A program made the translations under genes and the position numbers. The notes under the pieces were generated by a model. That model was not told where the DNA came from. It did not search any database and saw nothing but the letters and a program-made list of their open reading frames with translations. 63,705 bases of DNA, from positions 1 through 63,705 of the forward strand of contig JAAYYA010000205.1 of assembly GCA_012515595.1 (NCBI GenBank), read 5' to 3'. This DNA is from Actinomycetales bacterium (GTDB lineage Bacteria; Actinomycetota; Actinomycetes; Actinomycetales; Dermatophilaceae). Positions within the stretch are counted from its first letter, which is position 1. The number at the start of each line of letters is the position of its first letter. Of the stretch, positions 29,569 to 38,083 are shown piece after piece.

Positions 29569-30486
29569 GGGTCCGGCTGCCGACTCATCGGCCTCCGACG
29601 GCGCGGCTTCTGCGGCACCCCGCCGCTGGCCCGTCAGGGTCCTGAGGTCTGCCAGGTGGGCGCGGGCCTCGTCCTCCCCCGCCCGGATCGCCTGCTTGGC
29701 CTTGTGGAAGTCGGAGATCTCCATGCCCGAGATGAGCGGGTCGAGCAGCACGTCGGGCTGGTAGAAGGACAGCCGCGCCAGGGTGAGCTGCGACTGCATG
29801 ACGTCCACCGCGCGCAGCAGCTCCCGGGCGGCGCCCATCCGCAGCCGCTTGCGCGGTGCCCCCGCGTCGTCCTCGGGGTGGTCGAGCCGCGAGAGCGGCG
29901 TGGCGTTGACCGCCAGCACCCGGTGCGCGCCGAGAAAGAGCGCGCCGTCGACCGGCGTCTGGTTGAGAAGTCCCCCGTCCACCAGCAGCGCGCTGCCCAC
30001 CCGCACCGGCTCGAGCACGCCGGGGTAGGCCGTCGTGGCGCGCAGCGCCTGGATCAGGTCCCCGTGCTGGGTGTAGTGGATCCGCCCCTGGTTCAGGTCG
30101 GTGGCGGTCAGCACCAGCGGGAGCTCCAGCTCCTCGAAGGTCGGCGGCAGGAGCTCGGCCATCCAGCGCTCCAGGCCCTTGGTGTTGACCAGGCGTCCGG
30201 AGATCGGGCTCCAGTCGATCAGCTTGCTCCACCGCAGGTCCGTGGCGATGTCGGCCATCTGGTCCGCCGTGTAGCCCGCCGCGATGAACGCCCCGATCAG
30301 GCCGCCCATGCTGGTCCCCGACACCACGTCCGGGGCGATCCGCAGCTCCTCCAGGACCCGCACGACACCGATGTGGCACAGCCCCCGCGCGCCGCCACCA
30401 CCCAGCGCCAGCCCGAGGACCGGGGAGACCTCCTCCCGCTCGGGCACGGGTGCGGCCCGGCGGACGGGGCGACTCGCGGCGAACAT
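29551..30486 (-). CDS. Patatin-like phospholipase
   Basis: GGGARG, GTSMG, DGG. Confidence 0.88.
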   Translation of the reverse strand: MFAASRPVRRAAPVPEREEVSPVLGLALGGGGARGLCHIGVVRVLEELRIAPDVVSGTSMGGLIGAFIAAGYTADQMADIATDLRWSKLIDWSPISGRLVNTKGLERWMAELLPPTFEELELPLVLTATDLNQGRIHYTQHGDLIQALRATTAYPGVLEPVRVGSALLVDGGLLNQTPVDGALFLGAHRVLAVNATPLSRLDHPEDDAGAPRKRLRMGAARELLRAVDVMQSQLTLARLSFYQPDVLLDPLISGMEISDFHKAKQAIRAGEDEARAHLADLRTLTGQRRGAAEAAPSEADESAAGPSAPGG

Positions 30487-30558
30487 GCCCCCAGTCTGGT
30501 CCACCCGACCGGCACGTACGTGCACCGGCGCGCCCCGGCATACGGTAGACAGTCCTGC

Positions 30559-31593
30559 ATGACCCGCTCCCTCCGGGCGCTGCCCAAGGCGCACCTGCAC
30601 CTGCACTTCACCGGGTCGATGCGGATCACCACGCTGCGCGAGCTGGCGGACAAGCACGGGCTGCGGCTCCCGGCCGCGCTCCTGCAGGACTGGCCGCCGC
30701 GGCTGCGGGCGACCGACGAGCGGGGCTGGTTCCGGTTCCAACGGCTCTACGACACCGCCCGCGCGTGCGTGCGCGACGAGTCGGACATGCGCCGGATCGT
30801 GCGGGAGGCGGCCGAGGACGACGCCGCGGAGGGGTCCGGCTGGCTGGAGATCCAGGTGGACCCCACGTCATACGCCCCGTTCGTGGGTGGCATCACCCCG
30901 GCGATCGAGATCGTGCTCGACGAGGCCCGGGCCGCCAGTCGCGAGACGGGCGCGCAGGTCGCGGTGGTCGTGGCGGCCAGCCGCACCCGCCACCCGCTGG
31001 ACGCCCGGACCCTGGCCCGCCTGGCCGGGCAGTACGCCGGGGACGGGGCCGGCACCGTGGTGGGCTTCGGGCTCTCCAACGACGAGCGGCGGGGCGACAC
31101 GGCCGAGTTCGGCAAGGCCTTCCAGATCGCGGCCAAGGCCGGGCTGGCGAGCGTCCCGCACGCCGGTGAGCTGCTGGGGCCCTCCCACGTGCGGGACGCG
31201 CTGGACCACCTGACCCCGGACCGGCTGGGCCACGGGGTCCGGGCCGCGGAGGACCCGGCCGTGCTGGACACCCTGGTGCGCCGAGGTGTCACCCTCGAGG
31301 TGTGCCCGGCCAGCAACGTGGCGCTCGGGGTCTACGACGAGCTCTCCCAGGTGCCGCTGCGGCAGCTGGTCGAGGCCGGGGCCAGCATCGCCCTGGGCGC
31401 CGACGACCCGCTGCTGTTCGGCTCGCGGCTGCTCGCGCAGTACGAGTCCGCCCGCGACGACCACGGCCTCTCCGACGAGGAGCTGGCCGCCCTGGCACGG
31501 AGCTCGATCCGCGGCAGCCAGGCCCCCGAGTCTGTGCGCACCCGCCTGCTGGCCGACCTCGACGCCTGGCTCGCCTCCCCCCAAAAAATATAG
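30559..31593 (+). CDS. add: Adenosine deaminase family protein
   Basis: LPKAHLHLH, PHAGE, RLGHG, EVCPASN, ADDP; final residues PQKI and stop come from a family B repeat. Confidence 0.88.
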   Translation: MTRSLRALPKAHLHLHFTGSMRITTLRELADKHGLRLPAALLQDWPPRLRATDERGWFRFQRLYDTARACVRDESDMRRIVREAAEDDAAEGSGWLEIQVDPTSYAPFVGGITPAIEIVLDEARAASRETGAQVAVVVAASRTRHPLDARTLARLAGQYAGDGAGTVVGFGLSNDERRGDTAEFGKAFQIAAKAGLASVPHAGELLGPSHVRDALDHLTPDRLGHGVRAAEDPAVLDTLVRRGVTLEVCPASNVALGVYDELSQVPLRQLVEAGASIALGADDPLLFGSRLLAQYESARDDHGLSDEELAALARSSIRGSQAPESVRTRLLADLDAWLASPQKI

Positions 31594-31637
31594 GGGTTTT
31601 GCACGCCTCCCACGTATTTTCGCAGGGGTTTTGCACC
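31577..31637 (+). repeat. Family B 32-bp array, 2 units, overlapping the add 3' end
   Basis: YAGGGGTTTTGCAC at 31591 and 31623. Confidence 0.88.
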
Positions 31638-31669
31638 CCTCGACCGCGCCGCGCTGGTCGGGGGCCGCC

Positions 31670-33136
31670 TCAGGCCCGCACCGGCTCCGGGACGGCGACC
31701 GGTTCGGTGGCACTCGCCCCGGCGACCCCGCGGCGCGGGATGAGCAGGGTGAGCACGACCGCGACCAGGGCAGCACCGGCACCCAGGACGAAGCACAGCC
31801 GGAAGGCGTCGTGGGTCGGGATCAGCGCGCCGCCCAGGCCGGTGGTCTGACTGGTCAGCACGATCGCCATGACGGCACCGGCCACGGTGGTCCCCATCGA
31901 CCGCATCAGGGCGTTGACGCCGACACCGGAGGAGGCCTCGGCGCGCGGGACGTTGTCGAGGATGAGGCTGGGCATCGCCGCGTAGCCGATGCCGACACCG
32001 GCCGAGGACAGGCACGTCGCCAGCATGAGCTTCCACGGCGCGTCGGTCATGAAGACCGCCAGCAGATAGCCCGCCGCGATGACGCTGGCGCCGATGGCCA
32101 GGGTGACCCGTCCGCCGAGTCGGGTGAGCATCGCCGAGGAGATGGGCGAGAAGACCAGCATCATCAGGCCCGCGGGAGCCATCCACAGCCCGGTCTGCAT
32201 GATCGTCTGCCCCAGGCCGAAGCCGGTCTCGACGGGCGACTGCAGCAGCTGCGGGACGACGATGGACTGCGCCATCATGCCGAAGCCGATCATCAGGGCC
32301 GCGAGGTTGGTGAACAGCACCGGGAGGCGTGCGGTCGTGCGCAGGTCCACCAGCGGCTCGCGGTGACCCAGCTGGTGACGACCCCACGCGAGGAGCACCA
32401 CCACACCTCCGACGATCAGCGCCAGGGTCGGCGCGGCACCCCACCCCCAGTCGTTGCCCTTGGTCACGCCGACGAGCAGGGCCACCAGGCCGATCGTGAG
32501 CCCCACTGCGCCGACCAGGTCGACCCGCGCGGGGTGAGCCTCGGCACCGCGCGGCACCATGGTGGCGGTCGCGATGATCACGACGCCTGCGAGCACCGAG
32601 GACACCCAGAAGAGTGCGTGCCAGTCGAAGGCCTCGACGATCCAGGCGGCGAGCGGGAGGCCGAGCGCACCACCGACGCCGAGCGTGGCGCTGACGGCGG
32701 CCAGGGCGGAGTTGGTCATGCGGGGCGGCGTCACCTCACGCACGAGGCTGATCGCCACGGGGATGTAGCCCATCGCCATCCCCTGCAGCACCCGGCCGAT
32801 GAGGACCAGGGCCAGCAGGTCGGAGACGGCGCACAGCAGCGAGCCGGCCAGCAGCAGGACCGCCGAGACCACCATGACCGGCTTCTTGCCGTAGATGTCG
32901 GCGAGGCGCCCGGCGACCGGCATGGCGACGGCGCCACCGAGAAGCGTCGCGGTCACCACCCAGGACGCGTTGCTCGCACTCGTGTGCAGCAGCTCCGGCA
33001 GGTCGGGCTGGATCGGGATCACCAAGGACTGCATCAGTGCGGCGCAGAGGCTGGAGAAGCCGAGCACGACGACGACCAGCAGGGGGTGCTTCGCCGTGGA
33101 TGTCGGGGGTCGACCTGAGGCCTGACCGTGGTGCAT
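31670..33136 (-). CDS. MFS transporter (DHA2-like, about 14 TM)
   Basis: GRLADIYGKK motif A; many TM segments; EPLVDL. Confidence 0.9.
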   Translation of the reverse strand: MHHGQASGRPPTSTAKHPLLVVVVLGFSSLCAALMQSLVIPIQPDLPELLHTSASNASWVVTATLLGGAVAMPVAGRLADIYGKKPVMVVSAVLLLAGSLLCAVSDLLALVLIGRVLQGMAMGYIPVAISLVREVTPPRMTNSALAAVSATLGVGGALGLPLAAWIVEAFDWHALFWVSSVLAGVVIIATATMVPRGAEAHPARVDLVGAVGLTIGLVALLVGVTKGNDWGWGAAPTLALIVGGVVVLLAWGRHQLGHREPLVDLRTTARLPVLFTNLAALMIGFGMMAQSIVVPQLLQSPVETGFGLGQTIMQTGLWMAPAGLMMLVFSPISSAMLTRLGGRVTLAIGASVIAAGYLLAVFMTDAPWKLMLATCLSSAGVGIGYAAMPSLILDNVPRAEASSGVGVNALMRSMGTTVAGAVMAIVLTSQTTGLGGALIPTHDAFRLCFVLGAGAALVAVVLTLLIPRRGVAGASATEPVAVPEPVRA

Positions 33137-33159
33137 GAGAAGCCTTTCGTCAGACTATG

Positions 33160-33195
33160 TATGTAACTTACATATGAGCGTGTGTAGACTACATA
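33160..33195. promoter_or_regulatory. Tandem palindromic operator for the MarR regulator
   Basis: TATGTA-ACT-TACATA (33160-33174) and TGTGTA-GAC-TACATA (33181-33195), 21 bp apart, between divergent MFS and marR. Confidence 0.7.
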
Positions 33196-33231
33196 TCATC
33201 AGTCGGTCGGACAAATCGAGGTGGTCGCCCC

Positions 33232-33702
33232 ATGGACGCGCGCCAGCGGAGGTCGGTCAGCGCCCCCGGTGCAGGGGACGACGCCCGCCGGCTCGCCGGA
33301 CTCTTCGAACGTCTCGACCAGGCACGACGCAGCCTCCGTCAGCGAGCCACCCTGGGGACCGCTGACATGCGCCTGCTCTGGTTGCTCACCGACGGGGAGC
33401 CACGCACCCTCCGACAGATCTCCGAGGAGCTGCACCTGGAGCAGTCCACGGTCAACCGGCAGGTCAACGCCGCCGCCCAGGCCGGGCTGCTCACCAGGTC
33501 ACGGGCCGGATCCTCGGGCCCCTTCCGCTTCAGCGCGTCCGCGGGTGGTGCCCGCGAGTTCGAGCTGAACCTCGACGAGACGCTTTCCGCCTACCGTGCG
33601 GCACTCGGAGGGTTGGGAGCCGAACAGGACCGGTTCCTGAGCCTGATGGCCGATTACGTCCAGGCCTACGTGGAGCACGCGCAGGGGGACCTACCGTCGT
33701 AG
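33232..33702 (+). CDS. MarR family transcriptional regulator
   Basis: TLRQISEELHLEQSTVNRQV winged HTH. Confidence 0.85.
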   Translation: MDARQRRSVSAPGAGDDARRLAGLFERLDQARRSLRQRATLGTADMRLLWLLTDGEPRTLRQISEELHLEQSTVNRQVNAAAQAGLLTRSRAGSSGPFRFSASAGGAREFELNLDETLSAYRAALGGLGAEQDRFLSLMADYVQAYVEHAQGDLPS

Positions 33703-34200
33703 CGTCCCCAACGCGGCGAAGCGGAGCATGTGCGCCTGACCGCTGTGGAGCGCGTACTCGTCGATCATCTTGACCAGCGTGTGGCCGAGCGGGTCGCCGT
33801 GGCCGCGGCCGACGCTCTCCAGCGTGGGCAGCGCAGCAATCGCCGTGTCCGCCCTGGCGACCTCCTCGAGGTAGAGCCGCACGTCCTCCTCCACGGTCTC
33901 CGCCGATCCACCGGCGTAGTCGTCGTCGCCGTAGGTCTCCACCTGGTCGCCGCCACCCAGACCCCAACTCAGGTAGGCGTGCTCCATCTGCTGCATATGC
34001 CGGATGAGGCCCAGCACGGAGAGCTCGACCGGCGGGATCGACCAGCTGGCCAACTGATCCGCCGAGAGGTCGCGCCACTTCCGCTGGAACTCGTGCCGCT
34101 GGTAGCCGAGCCACTGCACGAGGCTCTCCCGGAGGTCAGGTCCCGGACTGGGCTCGTCCCAGCGGTCCAGATCCACGCTGTCGGGGAGCACGCTGCCCAT
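33691..34200 (-). CDS. DinB-like / DUF664 family protein
   Basis: LSVLGLIRHM..MEH and MIDEYALHSGQA motifs. Confidence 0.78.
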   Translation of the reverse strand: MGSVLPDSVDLDRWDEPSPGPDLRESLVQWLGYQRHEFQRKWRDLSADQLASWSIPPVELSVLGLIRHMQQMEHAYLSWGLGGGDQVETYGDDDYAGGSAETVEEDVRLYLEEVARADTAIAALPTLESVGRGHGDPLGHTLVKMIDEYALHSGQAHMLRFAALGTLRR

Positions 34201-34242
34201 ATCCCGAAACTACGACGGGCGCGCCACGTCTGCACGCTCAGT

Positions 34243-34329
34243 GGTCGCCGCACCATGCGTCCGGTCAGCCGGATTCTCACCACGCCGTGCGCTCGGTGAG
34301 CCGAATCCCCGCAACACCGCGCGCTCGGT
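34243..34329 (-). repeat. Family A 32-bp array, 3 units
   Basis: Minus-strand unit starts (ACCG) at 34329, 34297, 34265; begins after murB TGA plus CCCCCCTCCTCG. Confidence 0.8.
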
Positions 34330-34341
34330 CGAGGAGGGGGG

Positions 34342-35487
34342 TCAGAGGGTGAGCCCCACCAGGACCGGCTCGTTGACCAGGGTGACCCCGAACGCCTCGC
34401 GCACCCCGTCACGGACCTCCCGCGCCAGGGCCACCAGATCCTCCGCGCGCGCCGAGCCGCGGTTGGTGAGCGCCAGCGTGTGCTTGGTCGACAGCGCGGC
34501 CGGCCCCGGCATCCGGTGCCCCTTGTGGAAGCCCGCCCGCTCGATGAGCCAGGCGGCCGAGGTCTTCACGGTGCCCTCCGCGGAGGGGTACTGCGGCGGG
34601 GGCGGCGCATCGGGGCCTAGGCGGTCGGCGGCCCGGGCGACCAGCACGTCATACTCCCCCGTCGGCAGGATCGGGTTGGTGAAGAACGATCCGCAGCTCC
34701 ACGTGTCGTGGTCGGCCGGGTCGAGCACCATGCCCCGGTTGCGCCGCTGCTGCAGCACTGCCTCCCGCGCCTCGGCGAGCGGCACCCTCGACCCGAGCTC
34801 GACGCCGAGGCCATCGGCGAGCGCCGCGTAGCGCACCGGTTGGGACAGCTCGGTGGGCCGCAGCGAGAAGGTCACCGACAGCACGATGTGACGCGGCGTG
34901 ACCGCACCGTCCGGCGCCTCCGGCCCGACGATCGAGTCCTTGAGCACCGAGTGCCGGTACGAGAAGGCCAGGTCGGCGGCGAACATCGTGCGCACCCGCT
35001 GCTCCACGCGGTCCCAGACCCGCACCTGGGCGATGGTCTGGGCGACCTCCTGACCGTAGGCCCCGACGTTCTGCACCGGGGTGGCGCCCGCACTACCGGG
35101 TATGCCGGAGAGCGCCTCGATCCCGGACCATCCCTCCTCGACTGCCCGGGCCACCACGTCGTCCCACACCTCGCCGGCGGCGACGGTCACCGTCACCCCG
35201 CCGCAGGCCGACGCGTCGGGCACCTCGATCCCGGCGGTGCGGACCACGACCACGGTGCCCGGGAAGCCCTCGTCGGCGACCAGCAGGTTGGACCCTCCGC
35301 CCACCACGAGCAGCGACTCACCGGCGTCGTCGGTGGCGCGCACCGCCTCGATCAGGTCGGCCTCGGTGTCGACGGTGACGCTGCGGAGGGGCGGTCCGCC
35401 CACGCGCATGGTGGTGAGCCCGGAGAGGGAGTATGCCGTGGTGCCGGGACCGCGGTCCAGGTCACCGGCCGCGTCGGCGGCGGTCAT
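34342..35487 (-). CDS. murB: UDP-N-acetylenolpyruvoylglucosamine reductase
   Basis: GGGSNLL, SGIPGSAGATPVQNVGAYG, GSFFTNP, KHTLALTN, LVNEP. Confidence 0.95.
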   Translation of the reverse strand: MTAADAAGDLDRGPGTTAYSLSGLTTMRVGGPPLRSVTVDTEADLIEAVRATDDAGESLLVVGGGSNLLVADEGFPGTVVVVRTAGIEVPDASACGGVTVTVAAGEVWDDVVARAVEEGWSGIEALSGIPGSAGATPVQNVGAYGQEVAQTIAQVRVWDRVEQRVRTMFAADLAFSYRHSVLKDSIVGPEAPDGAVTPRHIVLSVTFSLRPTELSQPVRYAALADGLGVELGSRVPLAEAREAVLQQRRNRGMVLDPADHDTWSCGSFFTNPILPTGEYDVLVARAADRLGPDAPPPPQYPSAEGTVKTSAAWLIERAGFHKGHRMPGPAALSTKHTLALTNRGSARAEDLVALAREVRDGVREAFGVTLVNEPVLVGLTL

Positions 35488-35894
35488 GCGCGGACGACGG
35501 CCTGGCAGCGCCCGAGGACCTTCTCGCCGCCGCAGGTGGCGGTGAGCTCGATGGTCTGGGTGCCGGCGGCCTCGTCGGTCTTCTTCACGACGCCCTCGAC
35601 GAGCACCTCGACCGTCTCCCCCTCCGGGACGACGACCATCCCGGTGAAGCGGGTGGAGCAGGACAGGACCCGCCCGGGGTCACCGCCGACATACTCCGTC
35701 ACGACGTCCAGGGCGGCCCCCATGGTCCACATGCCGTGGGCGATCAGGTCGGGCAGCCCGACGGAGCGGGCGAACTCGGCGTCCTGGTGGATCGGGTTCT
35801 GGTCTCCGGAGGCGTTGGCGTAGTCGACCAGCTGCGCCCGGTCCACGGTGACGGTGCGGCTCAGGGCGGCGGGGTCGGTGGTCAGCTCGCTCAT
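35484..35894 (-). CDS. MaoC-like dehydratase (HadB-like)
   Basis: YANASGDQNPIH...IAHGMWTMG hydratase 2 motif. Confidence 0.88.
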   Translation of the reverse strand: MSELTTDPAALSRTVTVDRAQLVDYANASGDQNPIHQDAEFARSVGLPDLIAHGMWTMGAALDVVTEYVGGDPGRVLSCSTRFTGMVVVPEGETVEVLVEGVVKKTDEAAGTQTIELTATCGGEKVLGRCQAVVRA

Positions 35895-36340
35895 CAGCCC
35901 TCTCCTCGCACGACGATGGTGGACGTGACGGTGGTCACCGGCTGACCGTCGGCGTCGGTCAGCTCGACACGGGTGGAGACCATGCCGTGCCCGCCGGCCT
36001 CACGGACCCGGTCGACGTGCAGCACCCCCGTCAGGCTGTCCCCCGCGGTGATCGGCCGGTGGTGGGTGAAGCCCTCCTCGCCGTGCACCACCCGGGAGAA
36101 GTCGATGCCCGCCTCCGGGTCGCGGATCAGCTGGGCTTCGCACTGCTGGGAGAGCCGGACGGCGAACGTCGTCGGGGCCACGACGTCGGCGTGGCCGAGG
36201 GCCTGCGCGGCCGCCCGGTCCCGGTGCGCCGGGCTGGTGGCGCCGATCGCGTCCGCGAAGGCCGCGATCTCCTCGCGGGTGACCTGGAAGGGGCCGGCCG
36301 GCGGGTACTCGCGGCCGGCGTAGTCGGGGTTGACTGCCAT
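35894..36340 (-). CDS. MaoC N-terminal / HadA-like hotdog protein
   Basis: FADAIG..., VVAPTTF, VVHGEEGFTHHRPI; paired with the HadB-like gene downstream of rpmG. Confidence 0.85.
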   Translation of the reverse strand: MAVNPDYAGREYPPAGPFQVTREEIAAFADAIGATSPAHRDRAAAQALGHADVVAPTTFAVRLSQQCEAQLIRDPEAGIDFSRVVHGEEGFTHHRPITAGDSLTGVLHVDRVREAGGHGMVSTRVELTDADGQPVTTVTSTIVVRGEG

Positions 36341-36376
36341 GCCGGTCAGCCTAACGGGCCGGTTCCGCGGCACGGA

Positions 36377-36518
36377 CGGCGAGAACGATCCATACACCTG
36401 CACCGAAGGTCAACGCACCAGCCGCGAACCGGCGAGAAGGATCCATACACCTGCACCGAAGGTCAGCGGCCCAGCCGCGAACCGGCGAGAAGGATGCGTT
36501 CACGTGCACGGATGCTCA
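36377..36518 (+). repeat. Family C 53-bp tandem repeat, about 2.7 units
   Basis: CGGCGAGAASGAT.. at 36377, 36430, 36483. Confidence 0.9.
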
Positions 36519-36537
36519 ACAGGCGGCGGCACGACGA

Positions 36538-36567
36538 AGGCCGCCACCCGGACGGGTGACGGCCTCG
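36538..36567 (-). terminator. Hairpin terminator after rpmG
   Basis: AGGCCGTCACCCG-TC-CGGGTGGCGGCCT then TCGTCGT on the minus strand. Confidence 0.65.
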
Positions 36568-36599
36568 CGGTGGTGAGCCTCAGCGGCTGCCGGGCTGCG

Positions 36600-36770
36600 T
36601 CAGCGGGTCTCGCGGTGCGGGGTGTGCTTGCCGCAGCGGGAGCAGAACTTGGCCAGCTCGACCCGGTCGGGGTTGTTCCGACGGTTCTTCTTGGTGATGT
36701 AGTTGCGCTCCTTGCACTCCGTGCACGCCAGGGTGATCTTCGGGCGGACGTCGGCGCTCTTGCTAGCCAC
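36600..36770 (-). CDS. rpmG: 50S ribosomal protein L33 (Zn-binding form)
   Basis: [38 protein letters not shown]. Confidence 0.96.
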   Translation of the reverse strand: MASKSADVRPKITLACTECKERNYITKKNRRNNPDRVELAKFCSRCGKHTPHRETR

Positions 36771-36888
36771 GGGGCAACCTGCTCTCAAACGATAGTGGGT
36801 GGTGCATGCGGGAGCCCGCGACGCTCTGGGCCGCGGGCGGCAGCACTCAAGGATACGCGAATTTCGGCTCGGGACCGAATCGCGCCAG

Positions 36889-36962
36889 TAGCGGGAGCGG
36901 GGCTCGATCCCGCGACCTCACGATTATGAGTCGTGCGCTCTAACCAGCTGAGCTATCCCGCC
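36889..36962 (-). tRNA. tRNA-Met (CAT), probably elongator
   Basis: GGCGGGATAGCTCAGCTGGTTAGAGCG-CACGA-CT-CAT-AA-TCGTG...; lacks the initiator GGG/CCC anticodon stem. Confidence 0.9.
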
Positions 36963-37004
36963 TTGGGCGGTGCCTCTCGACCGGTTGGCCGGGTGGCTTC
37001 CCTG

Positions 37005-37077
37005 AGCCCCCCAACGGAATCGAACCGTTGACCTTCTCCTTACCATGGAGACGCTCTGCCGACTGAGCTAGGGGGGC
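37005..37077 (-). tRNA. tRNA-Thr (GGT)
   Basis: GCCCCCCTAGCTCAGTCGGCAGAGCG-TCTCC-AT-GGT-AA-GGAGA...GGTTCGATTCC. Confidence 0.95.
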
Positions 37078-37177
37078 GTGCTCCGGGGCGCACGGGACAG
37101 GCCCGGCGCGCCAGCGCTCCGCAGACTTTACACGGCCCACCCGGCCTCCACGAAATCGAGGGGCCGGGTGGCCGCGC

Positions 37178-38080
37178 TCAGGCCACGGTGCCTGCGAGAT
37201 GAACCTTGCCGCCGTCCTTGGTGGTGACCCGGAAGGCCAGGTCGTCACCGTCGCGGACGGACGAGAATCCGACCGTGGAGGGCAGCAGCACCGGCTTGCG
37301 GAACTCGACCGAGACCTCGTATGCCGAGGGGAGACGGCCCTCCAGCGCCGCCAGGGCGCGGGCGTGGACCCACATGCCGTGGGCGATGGTGCGCGGGAAC
37401 CCGAAGGCCTTGGCCGTCAGCGGCGAGAGGTGGATCGGGTTGACGTCACCGGACACCCCGGCATACTCCCGCCCGAGCCCGCCGGACAGCCGCCACAGCG
37501 CGGACGGAACCTCCCCAATTTTGGTAGGGGTTTTGCCGCTTTCCCCCGCCTTTTCGTAGGGGTTTTGCACATCGTCGGGCACCTCGGCGCCCGTCGGCTT
37601 GCGCCCGCGCGCCAGGTAGGCGCTCCGGCCGGTCCAGACGATCTCGTCGCCGACGCGGGCCTCGCCGAGCAGGTCCAGCTGCGTGCCGGACCGGTGCGCC
37701 CGCAGGTCTGCGGCGCTGCTGGACAGGGTCAGGCGCTCCCCGATCGCGACCGGCCGGCGCAGGCGCATCTCGTTGGAGACGTGCACCAGGCCGGCCAGGC
37801 CGAGCGGGAAGTCCGGAGAGGCCATCAGGTGCACCTGCAGCGGGAAGGTGAGCACGTGCAGCCAGGTGGGGGGCACCTCGTCCCGCAGCGTGAAGCCGCA
37901 GACCCGGGAGTATGCCGCGAAGCGCTCCGCGTCCTGCTCCAGGTCGGTGACCATCACCCGTCGCTGCGGGAGCGTGCCGTCGGGTCCGCTCCGCCGCGTC
38001 GGCACGAGCGCCCGGGCGATCTCGCCACCGACGCCGGGCAGGGAGCCCAGCAGCTCGACGTCGACGTCGTCGGAGCCCAC
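37178..38080 (-). CDS. Double-hotdog MaoC/PaaZ-type acyl dehydratase (HtdX-like)
   Basis: GLVHVSN, YAGVSGDVNPIH, IAHGMW, FRKPVLLP; carries an in-frame repeat insertion. Confidence 0.88.
   Translation of the reverse strand: MGSDDVDVELLGSLPGVGGEIARALVPTRRSGPDGTLPQRRVMVTDLEQDAERFAAYSRVCGFTLRDEVPPTWLHVLTFPLQVHLMASPDFPLGLAGLVHVSNEMRLRRPVAIGERLTLSSSAADLRAHRSGTQLDLLGEARVGDEIVWTGRSAYLARGRKPTGAEVPDDVQNPYEKAGESGKTPTKIGEVPSALWRLSGGLGREYAGVSGDVNPIHLSPLTAKAFGFPRTIAHGMWVHARALAALEGRLPSAYEVSVEFRKPVLLPSTVGFSSVRDGDDLAFRVTTKDGGKVHLAGTVA
37511..37570 (+). repeat. Family B 32-bp array, 2 units, inside the dehydratase CDS
   Basis: TAGGGGTTTTGC at 37525 and 37557. Confidence 0.88.
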
Positions 38081-38083
38081 GGC

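Noticed and set aside
35484-36770. hadA/hadB-like pair after rpmG as a sign of mycolic-acid synthesis
   Set aside because: This gene order is widespread in Actinobacteria that lack mycolates.
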